DNA of 64,000 nt from Camelus dromedarius (taxonomy: Eukaryota), in the NCBI RefSeq assembly GCF_036321535.1, contig NC_087447.1, forward strand, positions 47,990,001 through 48,054,000. Reading direction: 5' to 3'. The stretch's first letter is position 1; every line of letters starts with the position of its first letter. The notes beneath the pieces are model-generated. The model did not search any database. It was not told the DNA's origin and was given only the letters and a program-made list of their open reading frames with translations. Below are positions 25,261 to 38,164 of the stretch, in pieces. The position numbers and the translations under genes are program-made.

Positions 25261-27566
25261 TCACAGCAGCACTTGCTAGTTTGCGGCTATTCTCTGTTGG
25301 ATAGAGATCAGGACACTCCAAAGACTCTCTCACCCAAATAAGCAGAGTGCATTCCAAGTGCCAGTTCTCCAAGACTGAGTGGATCTGTAGAAGTGCACTG
25401 GGGGTAAAGACATGGAGTTCAAATACCACACCATGGATATTTCACCCATTGCTCAGATAAAAGATACTTTCACAAACGCAATGTCATTTGAGCCTCAAAA
25501 CAACACTAATGTTATTTCTCCCATTTTGTAGGGGAGAAGGAAACCAAGGCTCAGAGAGGTGAAGTGACTTTCTGGCTAAGATTATTCAGTAATCTATATA
25601 TTCCCATCCCATCCCCCTTTTTTTGGTTTCAAAATTATAATGTATGGTTTAAAAGAGAAGAAAGAAAGTTTGTTGCTGGTTATAGGTCTGAAGGAATCTA
25701 GGAGGAAGGGAAGATAGAGGGAAAAGTAAGGGAGGGGACATGTTTGGGGAAAATCCAGTGGCACCAAATCCCAGTTTTCCACCTACAGTCCAGCCCTTGG
25801 AGTGAATAATTTTAGTGACAGGATGTGGAATGGGAACTTAGATGGTAGGAACTGAACTTTTCCACACCTACCAAATAACTATGACTTGATCCTTAGAAAC
25901 AAGTCTGCCCCTCCTGTATTTATATTCTCTGAAGGTCAAGAGTGAAGAGAATAAATGGACACAAGTGAGCTTTTCTCCTTTGTACCCGAAAGACTACAGT
26001 AGTGATCAGATTTCCTGGGATTCTGATGTGTACATTTTAACTGCTTTACAGAGGTCAATACAATCTAATCCCTTTTATATGAAGAAATGTAAAGCTATTT
26101 TTTGATTAACATGGAGATAAGAAATTGCTTTCAAGAGAAATCAGAGTACTAGTTCTGAAATTAGCTGATCTTTAGGAAGTAAATATAGCAGAGTACCAAA
26201 AAGCTAGTGGAAGACTAACTCCTTGGGTCAAGAAGACAAAGAGGATTACTCCTTTGTGAGCAGGGGGGACACTTATGCAATGAAGACACTTTAGGTCTGA
26301 AGCTCACAATTAAAAAAGAAGAAAACTGGCCCCCTCCACCCCAACCCCAAAGCCAGGGTGACCAAAAAACAACAAAAACAAAAAGATCCCCAAAACCCCA
26401 CACCAAACTTAAACAAACAAATCTCAAAATAAAAAGAAGAGGGCAGGAGGAAGGATATAATTTTTAGTGCAGTATATTCTGAGCATTGTGCCAGGCACTT
26501 CTTTATCTGATTTAATCTTTACCCTAACTTGATGAAATATGTTATTAGTCCAACTTTATAGATGAGGATATTGAAACTTAGACTTATCTTACACAAGTAA
26601 ACAGAGAGTGGAGACAGAACGGGGTCTGCTGAATGAGACAAGGTCCATTCTACCAACCTCCCTCAAACATGAGTCTACTTAGCATAAACCTCTGGATTTG
26701 GCTGCCATTTTCTTTGCCAACATTCTTTTATTTTAGCTTCAAAACCTGAGAAAACAGGAAATTACTAGGGAGAATCAATGAAAGATGGTTCAGTTACAAA
26801 AATTTTTTTTAAAAAGCTCTTCTGTTTCCATTTAGTATCCTAATGTAGGTCATGCTCATGTTATTGAAAAGCATCACACAGGCACTGATCAGAGTTAGAA
26901 GAGGTACTAGAGGTGACTGAGTCCAACTTGCCACTCAGCACTGAAATACCTTTTATAGTGGCCTGCATGGCTGGTTCTGCCAGCACACCCTTCTAATGAT
27001 GGTGTGTTCAGAACCCCTTCAGGAGGTCAAAGCTCCTGCTGGAGAGCTCTGGGGTTAAAAAACTCTTTACTCAAGCAAAAAATTGACCTTGTAAGGAATC
27101 TAACTCTGAACATCTTCTAAACTACTGGTCCTAGTTCTAGCCACACAGAAAACATCTCTTCCCTCTGTTCTAGCACAACTCTCCAGAGACATGAAGAAAT
27201 TAGTTATTCTTCCTGAATTTTCTGTTGTCCACATCCAACAGACTTAATTCCTTCAATTCTTCCCCATCTTGACTGTCCACCTTTGGCCAGTCTTCAATTT
27301 ACAATTCCCCTTCTCTTAAAATAATTTCCATTTTCTTCCTGCCTCCTCATTCTTCTGATGTTTTTTTTCCCTAGATTTAAAACAAAACAAAACAAAAAAA
27401 AAACCCAACAAACTGAATTGACCTAAGATTGGTAACAGGCGGTCAGTGAAGGCCTACAGTGACTTAATCCAGATTTCTTCATTATTATCCATTTTAGTTG
27501 GCCTTGACCAATGAATAAGAGTTTGTCAGAAGTGTGTGGCAGTGGGGACAAGGAAACATGTATTTG

Positions 27567-27650
27567 ATTCATACATGAAATGTATGCCATATCAGGAATA
27601 TGGCAAATATTCATACATGAAATGTATGCCATATCAGGAATATGGCAAAT
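27567..27650. repeat. Perfect 2 x 42-bp tandem duplication
   Basis: attcatacatgaaatgtatgccatatcaggaatatggcaaat at 27567-27608 and 27609-27650. Confidence 0.97.
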
Positions 27651-29019
27651 AGAGTTTACAGTTTGTGGGGAAGAGTGGCAGGAAACGAAAATAAAAATAC
27701 ACCCTGGGGATAGACTGTGAAGAGATCTGAATGCCAAGGTAAAGGATGGAATTTATCATTAAACAGGAATCCGTTGGAGGATTTTAAACTTGGGAGTTTC
27801 AGATTTGTGTTTTACGAAAACTACTCTAGTAGCAGCAGTACAGAAAGTGTTGAGAGTGAGTGCGATCAGAGAAGCAGCGACCAGACAGGAAGTTACTGCA
27901 ACAGACCCGCTAAAACAAAAGTTAAAGCTAAAACAGTAACAATGGGATAAAGAAAGGAAGACTACAAAGATGTTTAGGAGACAGAGCCCACAAAACTTCA
28001 TCCTGATAGCATAATCATTTTTATTGCCATGAGCTGAAAGGCTACAAAGTAGATATGGGAAACATTCAATGGACCCTTGAATCTGTTAGCTCCAGAAAAA
28101 AGCCTCAATCTGAATTTTACTAGGTGGGTGGCCTGGCTGCTGAGAGTGCTGTACCAGCGAGAATGGAGTTCAACCGAGGCAGGCAACCATTCTGCAGCAC
28201 TGGCTCTGGGCCGGCCCACTAGACCTGAACCTGGGGAATCCTGTACACCAGATTCAAGACCCAGCCACCTAACCTCCCAAGTGAGCCTCAGGGAAATTTA
28301 AGGGTATAAGTGAGGCATTGTTCTTAGTTTGGGCAAGGCAACTCCCCAAGAGGTAACAAGAAAGAAGGGACTATACAGTAATCAACTATGCTCCAAGTTG
28401 TGTTGCATCTTCAGGGAGAACTTAACTCAACCAGATAAAAGGCCACCAACCTGCGAGTGGGTGAATGACCATTTACCTTGACTGAGTCAGAAGAGAAAGG
28501 TTGCTAAAACCAGAGCAGGCTTACCTTGATATGTCTTTAGTGTAAAAACAGTATCACCAACAAAAAAAGATAAGAAAATAGGCTATGTTAAAGCTAATAA
28601 TAAAATTCCTCCAAAGTAAGCACATAAGGTAAGTGCTGTTCCTTAGGGGAAACATTCTTTCAGAAATCTAAAAATATCTCCAAAGTTCCCTACCTGCCAG
28701 TGTGGGAGAAATTTTAATGGAAAGCAGATGGCCTATCAGTCTCAATCACCACTTCAGGAGTGTGCTTCTGCTGCTGCCTTCCCCACCCCATCCTTCATCT
28801 GTAAGGTATATGGGAAGTATTCAGCACTTTACAGATTATTTGGTGAATGATTCCTGTCCTCCCTGCATTTATCTTCTAAAAGAGATAAAAGCGAACAAGA
28901 TAAAATTTTGCAAATTGATGATTTGGTCCATGAATCCCTTTTCCTCATGGATCAATTCACTCATTTATTTCATTATTCTATTTAATAAGATCTGGTAAAG
29001 GGAAGAATCTTACTTAGAC

Positions 29020-32000
29020 TCAATAAAATGTATCAGGGCACTTGGTTTTTCCATGTGAAGAAAAAAAATTAGATCCCCACCTCACACTTCTCCAATTCCA
29101 GAAAGACCAAAGACCTAAATTTAGAAAACAAACAAAAACCTTAAAACTATTAGGGGAAAAAAATATATATATATATATCAGTTTGACTTTAGGATTAGAA
29201 AGTATTTCTTAGATAAGACCAAAAGGAAAAACCATAAAAGGCTGACAAGTTTAACTCCTTAAAATTTAAATCTGCATGGTAAGATGCTATAAACAAAGTT
29301 TAAAAACAAGCACAAAGTGAGAAAGGATATTTATCACACATTTAACAAAGAACTAGTATCCACAAAAAAGAACTCAAAGTAATAAGAAAATGAAAAGAAG
29401 CCAATAGAATATAATGCAGAATAGAATATATTATTGCAATTCACAGAAGAAATCACTCAAATGACTAGGGAGATGGAGGAGGAAAAAAAAAATGTTCAAC
29501 CACACTAGTAATCAGCAAAACACAAATAAATGGAATACAATATCATTTTGCAACTATCAGACTGACAAGTATTTTTTTTCTTTTTTTTCCTTTGTGACTG
29601 ACAAATATTCTAAAGTCTGACAATATCAAGTGTTGGGAAGGATCTGGAACAACAGGAATTAGTAGAAGCATTGTGAAAGTCACTTTTGTAACACCAAATA
29701 AAGATATACAACCTAGCAATTCTAAGTATATAAGCTTGAGAAACTGGATTTTGAGCTGGGCCTTGTGGGATGGGCAGGATTCTGACAAAGATAAAAGAAC
29801 TTGTATTCCCCAATAAAAAGAACAGTATAAGCAAGACCACAGAGACAGGAAACTACTTGAGGAATGGCCAGACTGTTTCCAAAGTGGCTACACCAGTTTT
29901 ACATTCCCACCAGCAGTATATGAGAGTTTCAATTTCTCCATACCCTTGCCAACACTTGTTATTATCTGCCTTTTTAATTATAGCCATCCTATGGGTGTTA
30001 AGTGGTATCTCACTGTGGTTTTGATATGCATTTCCCTGATGACATTATGCTGAACATATTTTCATTTGTTTATTAGCAATCTGTATATCTTCTTTGGAGA
30101 ACTGTTTATTCAGATTCTTTGTGTATTTCTTAACTGGGTTATTTGTCTTTTTATTATTGAGTTATAAGAGTTTTTGACATACAGACATAGGTACAACTAC
30201 CTTATCAGACAGATGATCTGCAAATATTTTATCCCATATATGTGGGTTCTCTTTTTGTTTCTTGATGGTGTCCTCTGAAGTACAAAAGTTCTTAATTTGA
30301 TGAAGTCCAATTTACTTATTTTTTTTCTTTGTCTGCTTGTGCTACTGGTGTGATATCTAAGAAACCCTTGCCAAATCTAAGGTCACAGATTTACGACCAA
30401 GTCTTCTTGTAAGAGTTTTATAGTTCTAGCTCTTGTATTTAGGTCTTTGAAATACTTTGAGTTAATTTTTGCATATGGTGTGAAGTAGGGGCACTATTTC
30501 ATTATTTCATTATGTGGGTATCTAGTTGTCCCAGCACCATATGTTGAAAAAACTATTCTTTCCCCACTGAATTGTTTTTGGTTCCCTTGTTGAAAATCAT
30601 TGACTGTATATGTGAGGGTTTATTTCTGGATACTCAATACTATTCCACTAATCCATATGTCTATCCTTAAGCCAAAACCATGCTGTCTTGATTACTGATA
30701 AGCTTTCTGATAAGCTCTGGGAAACTGGGAAGAGTGAGTCCTTCAACAACGTTCTTTTACAAGATTATTTTGGCTAATATGGATGGGTCTTTGAATTTTC
30801 ATGTAAATTTTAGGAACAGCTTGTAAAAATCTGCAAACAAGGCACGTGGCCTTTTGATAGGGACTGTGTTGAATCTGTAGATCAATTAGGGAGTATTAAA
30901 AATTTCAATCCATGAACATGGGATGTTTTCCTAACTATTTAGATCTTTAATTCCTTTCAACAATGTTTTGTAGCTTTCAGAGTGTACATTTTATGTTTCC
31001 TTTTAAAAATGTATTCCCAAGTATTTTGCGTGTTTTGAGGCAATATAAACAGAACTGTTTTCTTAATTTCATTTTTTGCACTATTACAACTGTATAGAAA
31101 TATGATTGATTTTTGTATATTGATCTTGTATCCTACAACCTTCTTGAACTTACTTATTAGTTCTAATAGTTTTTGGGTGGATTCCTTAGAATTTTCTATA
31201 TACAAGATGGTGTTATCTGAAAGTACAGAGTTTTACTTCTTCCTTTCCAATCTGGATTACTTTTAATTTCATTTTCTTGCTCAACTGTCCCGCTTAGAAC
31301 CTCCAGCATAATGTTTTACAGAAGTGGTGAGGCTGGACATCTTTGCCTTGTTCCCAAAATTAGGGGGAGAACATTCCATTCAGTCTTTTTCTATTAAGTA
31401 TGATGACAGCCATGGGTTTTTTATAAATGCCCTTTATCAGATTGAGAAAGTTCCTTCTATTCCTAATTTGTTGGAGTTTTTGTTCATTTCTTTGTTTTCA
31501 GAAATCATGAAAGGGTATTGGAGTTTGTCTAATGATTTCTCTGTATCCAGAGATTATGTGAGTTCTGTCCTTTAATGTTTTAATATGGTGTATTGCACTG
31601 ATTGATTTTTCCCATTCTGAATTGATCTTGCAACCCTGGGGTATAACTTACTTCATCATAGTGTATAATACAATCTTATCTATAAATTATTGTTCATTTT
31701 GCTAGTGTTTTGTTGAGAACTTTTGCATTTATATTCAAACAGGACATTGGTCTGTAGTTTTCTTATGATGTCTCTGTCTGGTTTTGGTATCTGGACAATA
31801 CTTGCCCCATAGAATGAGTTAGAAAGTATTCTCCCCTTCTCTATTTTTTGGAAGAGTTTGTGGAAGGTTAGTGTTCATTTTTTTTAATTGAAGTGTAGTT
31901 GATTTACAATGCTGTGGTAGTTTCAGGTGTACAGCAAAGTGATTCAATTATACATATACACCTGTACTTTTTCAGATTCTTTTCCATTACAGGTTATCAT

Positions 32001-32905
32001 AAGATATTGAATATAGTTCTCTGTGCCACAGAGTAGGTCCTTGTTGTTTATCTATTTTATACATAGCAGTGCACATCTGTTAATCCCAAACTACTAATTT
32101 ATCCCTCCCTCTACTTTCCTCTTTGGTAACCATAAGTTTGTTTTCTATGTCTGTGAGTCTATTTCCGTTTTGTACATAAAATACTTGGGCACAAAATAAA
32201 TCTCAATAAATTTAAGAGGACAGAAATTATTTCAAGCATCTTCTTTAAGCACAATGGCATGAAACTAGAAATCAACCACAGAAAAACAAATGAGAAAAAA
32301 ACACAGCATGGAAACGAAACAACATGCTACTAAAAAACCAATAGGTCAACGATGAAATCAAAGAAGAAATTAAAAAGTACCTTGAGGCAAACAATGAAAA
32401 CACAACTACACAAAATCTATGGGATACAGCAAAAGCAGTCCCTTTAAGAGGAAGTTCACCACAGGCCTTCCTTAAAAAACAAGAACAATCCCAAATAAAC
32501 AACCTACCCTACCACCTAAAACAATTAGAAAAAGAAAAACAAACAAAACCTAAAGTCAGCAGAAGGAAAGAAATAATAAAGATCAGGGAGGAAACAAATA
32601 AAATAGAGATTGAAAAAAAAAACAGAAAAAAATCAATCAACCAAGAGCTGTTTTTTCGAAACAGTAAACAAAATTGACAAGCCTCTGGCCAGGCCCACCA
32701 AGAAGAAAAGAGAAAGGACACAAATAAAATAAGAAATGTTTTGTGTATAATTTCATTTGTATCATTTTTTAAGATCCCACATATAAATCATATCACATTT
32801 GTCTTTCTCTGTCTGACTTACTTCATTTAGTATGATAAACTTTAGTTTCATCCATGGTGCTGCAAATGGTATTATTTCATTCTTTTTTATATGGCTGAAT
32901 AATAT

Positions 32906-32967
<62 letters not shown>

Positions 32968-33565
32968 ACACTGTTTTCTTTATCCATTCATCTGTTGATG
33001 AACATTTAGGTTTCTTCCATGTCTTTGCTATTATAAATAGCACTGCTATGAACACTGGGGTACGTGTATCTTTTCAAATTAGAGTTTTCATCTTTTCTGG
33101 ATATATGCCCAGGAACAGGACTGCTGGATCATATGGTAACTCTACTTTTAGTTTTTTAAGGAACCTCCATACTGTTTTCCATAGTAACTGCACCAATTTA
33201 CATTCCCACCAACAGTGCAGGAGAGTTCCCTTTTCTCCACACCCTCTTCAGCATTCATTATTTGTAGACATTTTGATGATGGCCAATCTGACCAGTGTGA
33301 GGTGATACCTCATTGTAGTTTTGATTTGCACTTCTCTAATAATTAGTGATGTTAAGTATCTTTTCATGTGCCCATTTGGTCATTTGTATGTCTTCTTTGG
33401 GAAAATGTCTATTTAGGTCTTCTGCCCAATTTTTGATTGGGCTTTTTTTCTTTTTAATATTGAGCTGTATAAGCTGTATGTATATTTTGGAAATTAAGCT
33501 CTTGTTGGTCACATCATTTGCAAATATTTTCTCCCACTGCATAGGTTGTCTTTTCATTTTGTTGT
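29020..33565. mobile_element. Nested L1 cluster: old L1M pieces (+ about 29020-29730, - about 29855-31880), younger minus L1 (about 31880-33565) with a plus-strand ORF2 fragment inserted (32180-32737)
   Basis: L1 ORF2-like translations in ORFs 30957..31205, 32762..33055 and 33336..33572. Confidence 0.85.
32908..32965. repeat. (GT)n microsatellite, about 29 units
   Basis: Uninterrupted GT run read directly from the sequence. Confidence 0.98.
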
Positions 33566-35290
33566 TGTTCATTCAGTTGAAACACATTTATCAATATATC
33601 ACAGCCTAATCTTTGTGCAAATCAGTAGATAAATGTAACTGTTTCTTTCTCAAGTTTAGCAACTCAGTAATCATGAAGGCATCCAGGATCACAGAAAACA
33701 TGCCGGATTCCCTGGGGCTCTGTCTGCCAAAGCAGCTCAGTCCCCTCGGGCAAAGGAACTTAGGTTGCTGGAACACTCTAAACTGGGAAGAGAAAAAGCA
33801 ACAGGCTCCCTAAGCTAGTAGAGCATGAGGTACTATTGCCTGGTGGGTCCTGCATACTAATATTAATTGTTTTAGAATAAACATAACGTTAGAAGTCCAA
33901 ACAGTTGATATTCACCATTATGATTAAATCAGGATGATAAAGCTGTTGTGATAAACACAACTATGAAACTGAAAATTAGTGATGACAACTTAGTTGTATC
34001 AGGCTCAACCTCCAATATACTTCTGGGGTTGCATAGCATTGAGAAAATTCTGATTTACAAACATAAGTAGCTGCAAATGTTAGCAGTTTTTTTTTTAATG
34101 AACATGCATTCTTAGAAGCTTAAGTTAACACACTGATCATCTTACGTATACGCATGCTTTTTAAAAATAGTTGTAAATAGTTTTCAAAAATCAAATCAAA
34201 TATTTGAGGATTTTATGAAGCCCTCCAGCCTATCCCCAACCCCATCAGAGTTCTTACAGAACAAAGTTTGGAACAACCAACAAAAAGTTCTCTGAGATCC
34301 TTTTATTCTCAGTCTAGGAGGCTATACAGCAAAAAAATGTGAGGTTATGAGGAGGAATCAGTACATTCCGCCCACAGGCAATGACTTTCTTCCGGGACAA
34401 AAGTCTCTACTCTCCCACCTCCAATCCTGCCATCAAGACCAGTATTAATCTACTTTTTGAGCTCAATTTCCCATTTTCCCCCTTTCTACTCTTCACTCTA
34501 GCTAATCTTAAGTACTGCCTAGACCCCAACCATACCTTCTTACTTCCATGTGTTCGTTCATATTGTTATCTTCACTTTGAATTTATATTCATTACATATT
34601 TGAAGGCTCATGATTTGCTAAGCGTTATGCTAGACAACTTACATACATTTTTTAATTCAATTCCATTATATGTCCTATCCATCTTTATTTTAAAATAATA
34701 ACAACCCATTATTATGCACTTATTTTGTGCACTTATGTGCTGAGTGCCTACACTAGTTCACTTAATCCCTATAGTAACCCATGAAATAGGATAATACTAT
34801 TGCCCTCATTTTATAATGAGAACACCAAGGCTCTGGAAGGTTAAAAAACATACCTAAGGCCAGGTAAGGAAGAGAATGCTCCCTGGAAAAGTGCTATCTG
34901 TGATCAGAGCCAAGTTCTTAAAGAGCATGGTGAAGTTGTGATAGGACAATGGCATTCTAGACAGAGGGACAACATTCACAGAAGCAGAGCAGTAGGAAAC
35001 AACATAGTATGCAGTTAGGAAAAAGATCAACCTTCAGAATCAGCAGACCCAGGTTCAAATACCTATTTTTGTTTGTTTTGTGGCCTCTTACTGTGACAAC
35101 TCTCATCTGTAAAATGGTGATAATAAGCTGCACTATGTAGAACTGCTTTAAGATCAAAATTAAACATGATATGTAAAAGTGCGCAGTGCAGGATTAGGCC
35201 TAGGGTACATATTCAGTAAATAAATGTTACCTCCCTTCCTTTTCCCTAGTTGACAATTCAATAATCCATAAGCTTAAGAATATCATTTCC

Positions 35291-35583
35291 CTCACAGACA
35301 TAGAAAACAAACTTATGGTTATTGGAGGGGGGAGGGATAAATTGGGAGTTTGAGATTTATAGATACTAACTACTATATATAAAATAGATAAACAACAAGT
35401 TTCTGCTATATAGCACAGAGAACTATATTCAATATCTTATAGTAACCTGTAATGGAAAAGAATATGAAAATGAATACGTATGTGTACATATGACTGAAAC
35501 TTTATGCTGTACACCAGAAACTGACACAACATTGTTAACTGACTATACTTCAATAAAAAAATATATATATTAAAAAAAAAAAA
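35291..35583 (+). mobile_element. 5'-truncated L1 3'UTR with poly(A) and 15-bp TSD
   Basis: TSD aagaat(a/g)tcatttcc at 35276-35290 and 35584-35598. Confidence 0.9.
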
Positions 35584-35744
35584 AAGAATGTCATTTCCAT
35601 CTCCACTACATTTCAGACATTTTTCCCTTCTGTAAGTTCCCAAGCTTTAGCAGGGATTCTGGAGCTGTAATATACCAAAAGTCATTGAGCAAGTTACGAG
35701 GTAACATCCTTAACCACATTTCTCAAAATGCTCACACAACTCAC

Positions 35745-35814
35745 CTGTGTAGGCCATGTTCTTAGGGTTGCCATAAGGAGCCCCAGGCTGCACGGGGCTA
35801 TAAACAGGGTTCAT
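35745..35814 (-). CDS. FAM168A: FAM168A first coding exon, coding part (whole exon 35832-35745 with 18 nt of 5'UTR): [23 protein letters not shown](G)
   Basis: Minus strand reads ctctgtag|GATTCTCAGTCTTCCACA-ATG AAC CCT GTT TAT...GCC TAC ACA G|gtgagt. The translation matches the FAM168A N-terminus as I recall it. 70 coding nt, ends phase 1. Confidence 0.97.
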
Positions 35815-36580
35815 TGTGGAAGACTGAGAATCCTACAGAGAAACAAACAAACAAAAAAACAGCATTGGTTACTGATTGCTCATTCTCCCTGACATCAGCT
35901 TTTGATTTATAATCTTCAGTTTACATTTGTAAAAAAGCAACATGGTATAGTAGAAAGAGGACTAAACAAAAGCCATTTGTTTCTATTTGGCCCTATGCTA
36001 GACACTATTCCCACTGTACAGATGAAAATACTGAGAAGCAGAGACACAATTTGACTACTATCAACCCAGGCCTTTTGGCTTTCAGTTCAGTACTAGTCCC
36101 ACTATCCCACAGATGCCTCTGCCATGAGTGTACCATGTAGCACTGGCCAAGTCACTTTCCCTCTCTGGGCTTCAATGCCTTCTTTTAAAATCAATTTTTT
36201 TAGGCTCCCTGAGGTCCTTTCTAATTCTGAGGATGCTAGTCCAGGAGCTGGGAAGGGATGAACTTCTACTGTTCACCAGGGGAGCATGAGTACCTAATGA
36301 CAAACCTATAGACTGCTAGAAAGAACAGAACCAAGTGTGTCACTCACCTTTTGCACCTACAGAGGACAAAATACAAGTGACTAGCAGCTTTGGAAAAAAA
36401 TGGGAATTTATTGCCACTGATCATTTTAATGCAAACAAAGAAACACAGTTAAGATCTCTTTCAAAATTCATTCACGGGAAAAGAAATAAACTTGGATATT
36501 TGTGTGCAAGAAGTATCATCTGCAAAAGTGCTCTGTTAATTATCTGAGTGAAGCACATTCTCCATCCTAGAATTCTCTTA

Positions 36581-36783
36581 AGATTTTTTGTATTTCTGTG
36601 GCGTCGGTTGTAATCTCTCCATTTTCATTTCTTATTTTATTTGTGTACTCTCTCTTTCCTTCTTGGTGAGCCTAGCCAGAGGTTTGTCAATTTTGTTTAC
36701 TCCTTCAAAAACTCAGCTCTTCATTTGATTGATTTTTTTCTATTGTTTTTTAAATCTCTGTTTTACTTATTTTCCATCCTGAT
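36581..36783 (-). mobile_element. Isolated internal L1 ORF2 fragment
   Basis: Reverse complement of the same L1 ORF2 region seen at 32582-32738. Confidence 0.8.
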
Positions 36784-38164
36784 TAATGGAAAATCTGTCA
36801 TTAAGCTCTGTTGGCCATCCAATTTGTCTCACCTTGTTTAGGGAACCATCTCTGATACGTAGGCCAACATATGTTTGAAAACGTATCACCAAATGTATTA
36901 TTTACACTTCATAAAAATCAAGCAATTCCCTCCTACCTAAGCTCACATGATAAATGGGCAATTTTTTAGGTCATTAACTTCTCCTGTAGCACCTCAGGAT
37001 AGAATACAAGTCGTATGTTGAAGACAGGCAGTTACAGTCAATAGATGGCTTGATGACAACTGCTCTAAGATTAATTAGTCTGTCCAGGGCTCTGAAATGA
37101 GAAGTGGAGAAAAGACGGGTTTCTAAAAAGAGGAAGGTGGGGCAGTAAAACAGGTAAAAAAGAAAACGCCATTGGTCAACTTCAAGGGATAGAACTTGTT
37201 GAAGTGTGCCCAATGTGCAGCCCTGGCAATCACCCCAGAGCAAGAGGCTAGATTAAACTACCATCAGTTGACAAACTGAAACCAGAACAATTTGAGGGTG
37301 AAAGTTATGGGAGATACATACATTCCAGCACAATTTAAAGAAAAAACACACTTGCAGCCAGAGTTATCCATGAATACAGCCAAGTACACTCTCTCTGAAT
37401 ATAAGCCCTCTTCTGACAGGGTACTACAAGAAAATTAAGAGAGTTCACAGATGTTATAATACATTGCAAACTGTAAAGTGGCATGCAGATGTAAGTGATG
37501 ACCGTGATGATGTGACAACACCACCACAGAAGACTACTTGTACATTTTCCCTGCCTTGGATCTCTCATCTACTCAACTAGTCTTCTGCTTAATAAGCCAG
37601 GGTAAGGAAGCTGTGCTAAGCAGCACAATGAGCCCTGTAAACATCTGAGCACTCTCCTACTGAGAAGGTACTCTGTAGTGGCTGACTGGACAGACTGTGA
37701 AATTGCTTTTCATAACCAAAGAAACTATCAGTTTTGAAACTGGTCTCCTGCTGCTCCAAAATGAGGGCCACTGCCTCAGAAAGAGACCATGTCTGAGCAG
37801 CACTCCACAACAGCATTGATTCCAATCTCAACTAACAACTGGGGAAAATGAGATCTGCGAGGGGCTCAACATTTGGAGTAAGAATATGACAGCCACTTCT
37901 AGGTTGCTGCTCACAGGCAGAGAGGGTTCTTGGCTTTCAAGGGGAGGTCAGTCTTTTACAATACAATCCACTCACTGTTGATAGTTTCAGTGTAGGAAGA
38001 CTGTAAGCTCTATAATCAGGCAGATTCAGGTTCAAATCCTGGAACTGTCACATACCAAATGTGGGACCACAGGCAAGTTCACTACTTCACCTGAGCCACA
38101 GTTTCCTCTAGCCTCAAAATGGAAAAGAATAACACATACTTTGTACAGCTGTTGTTAAGGTGTC

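Noticed and set aside
27567..27650. Palindromic direct repeats that superficially resemble CRISPR repeats
   Set aside because: Two abutting copies with no spacer, in mammalian DNA. It is a simple tandem duplication.
27998..28301. Overlapping 73-74 aa ORFs in non-repetitive-looking sequence
   Set aside because: No recognisable homology, no paired splice sites and no in-phase partner exons.
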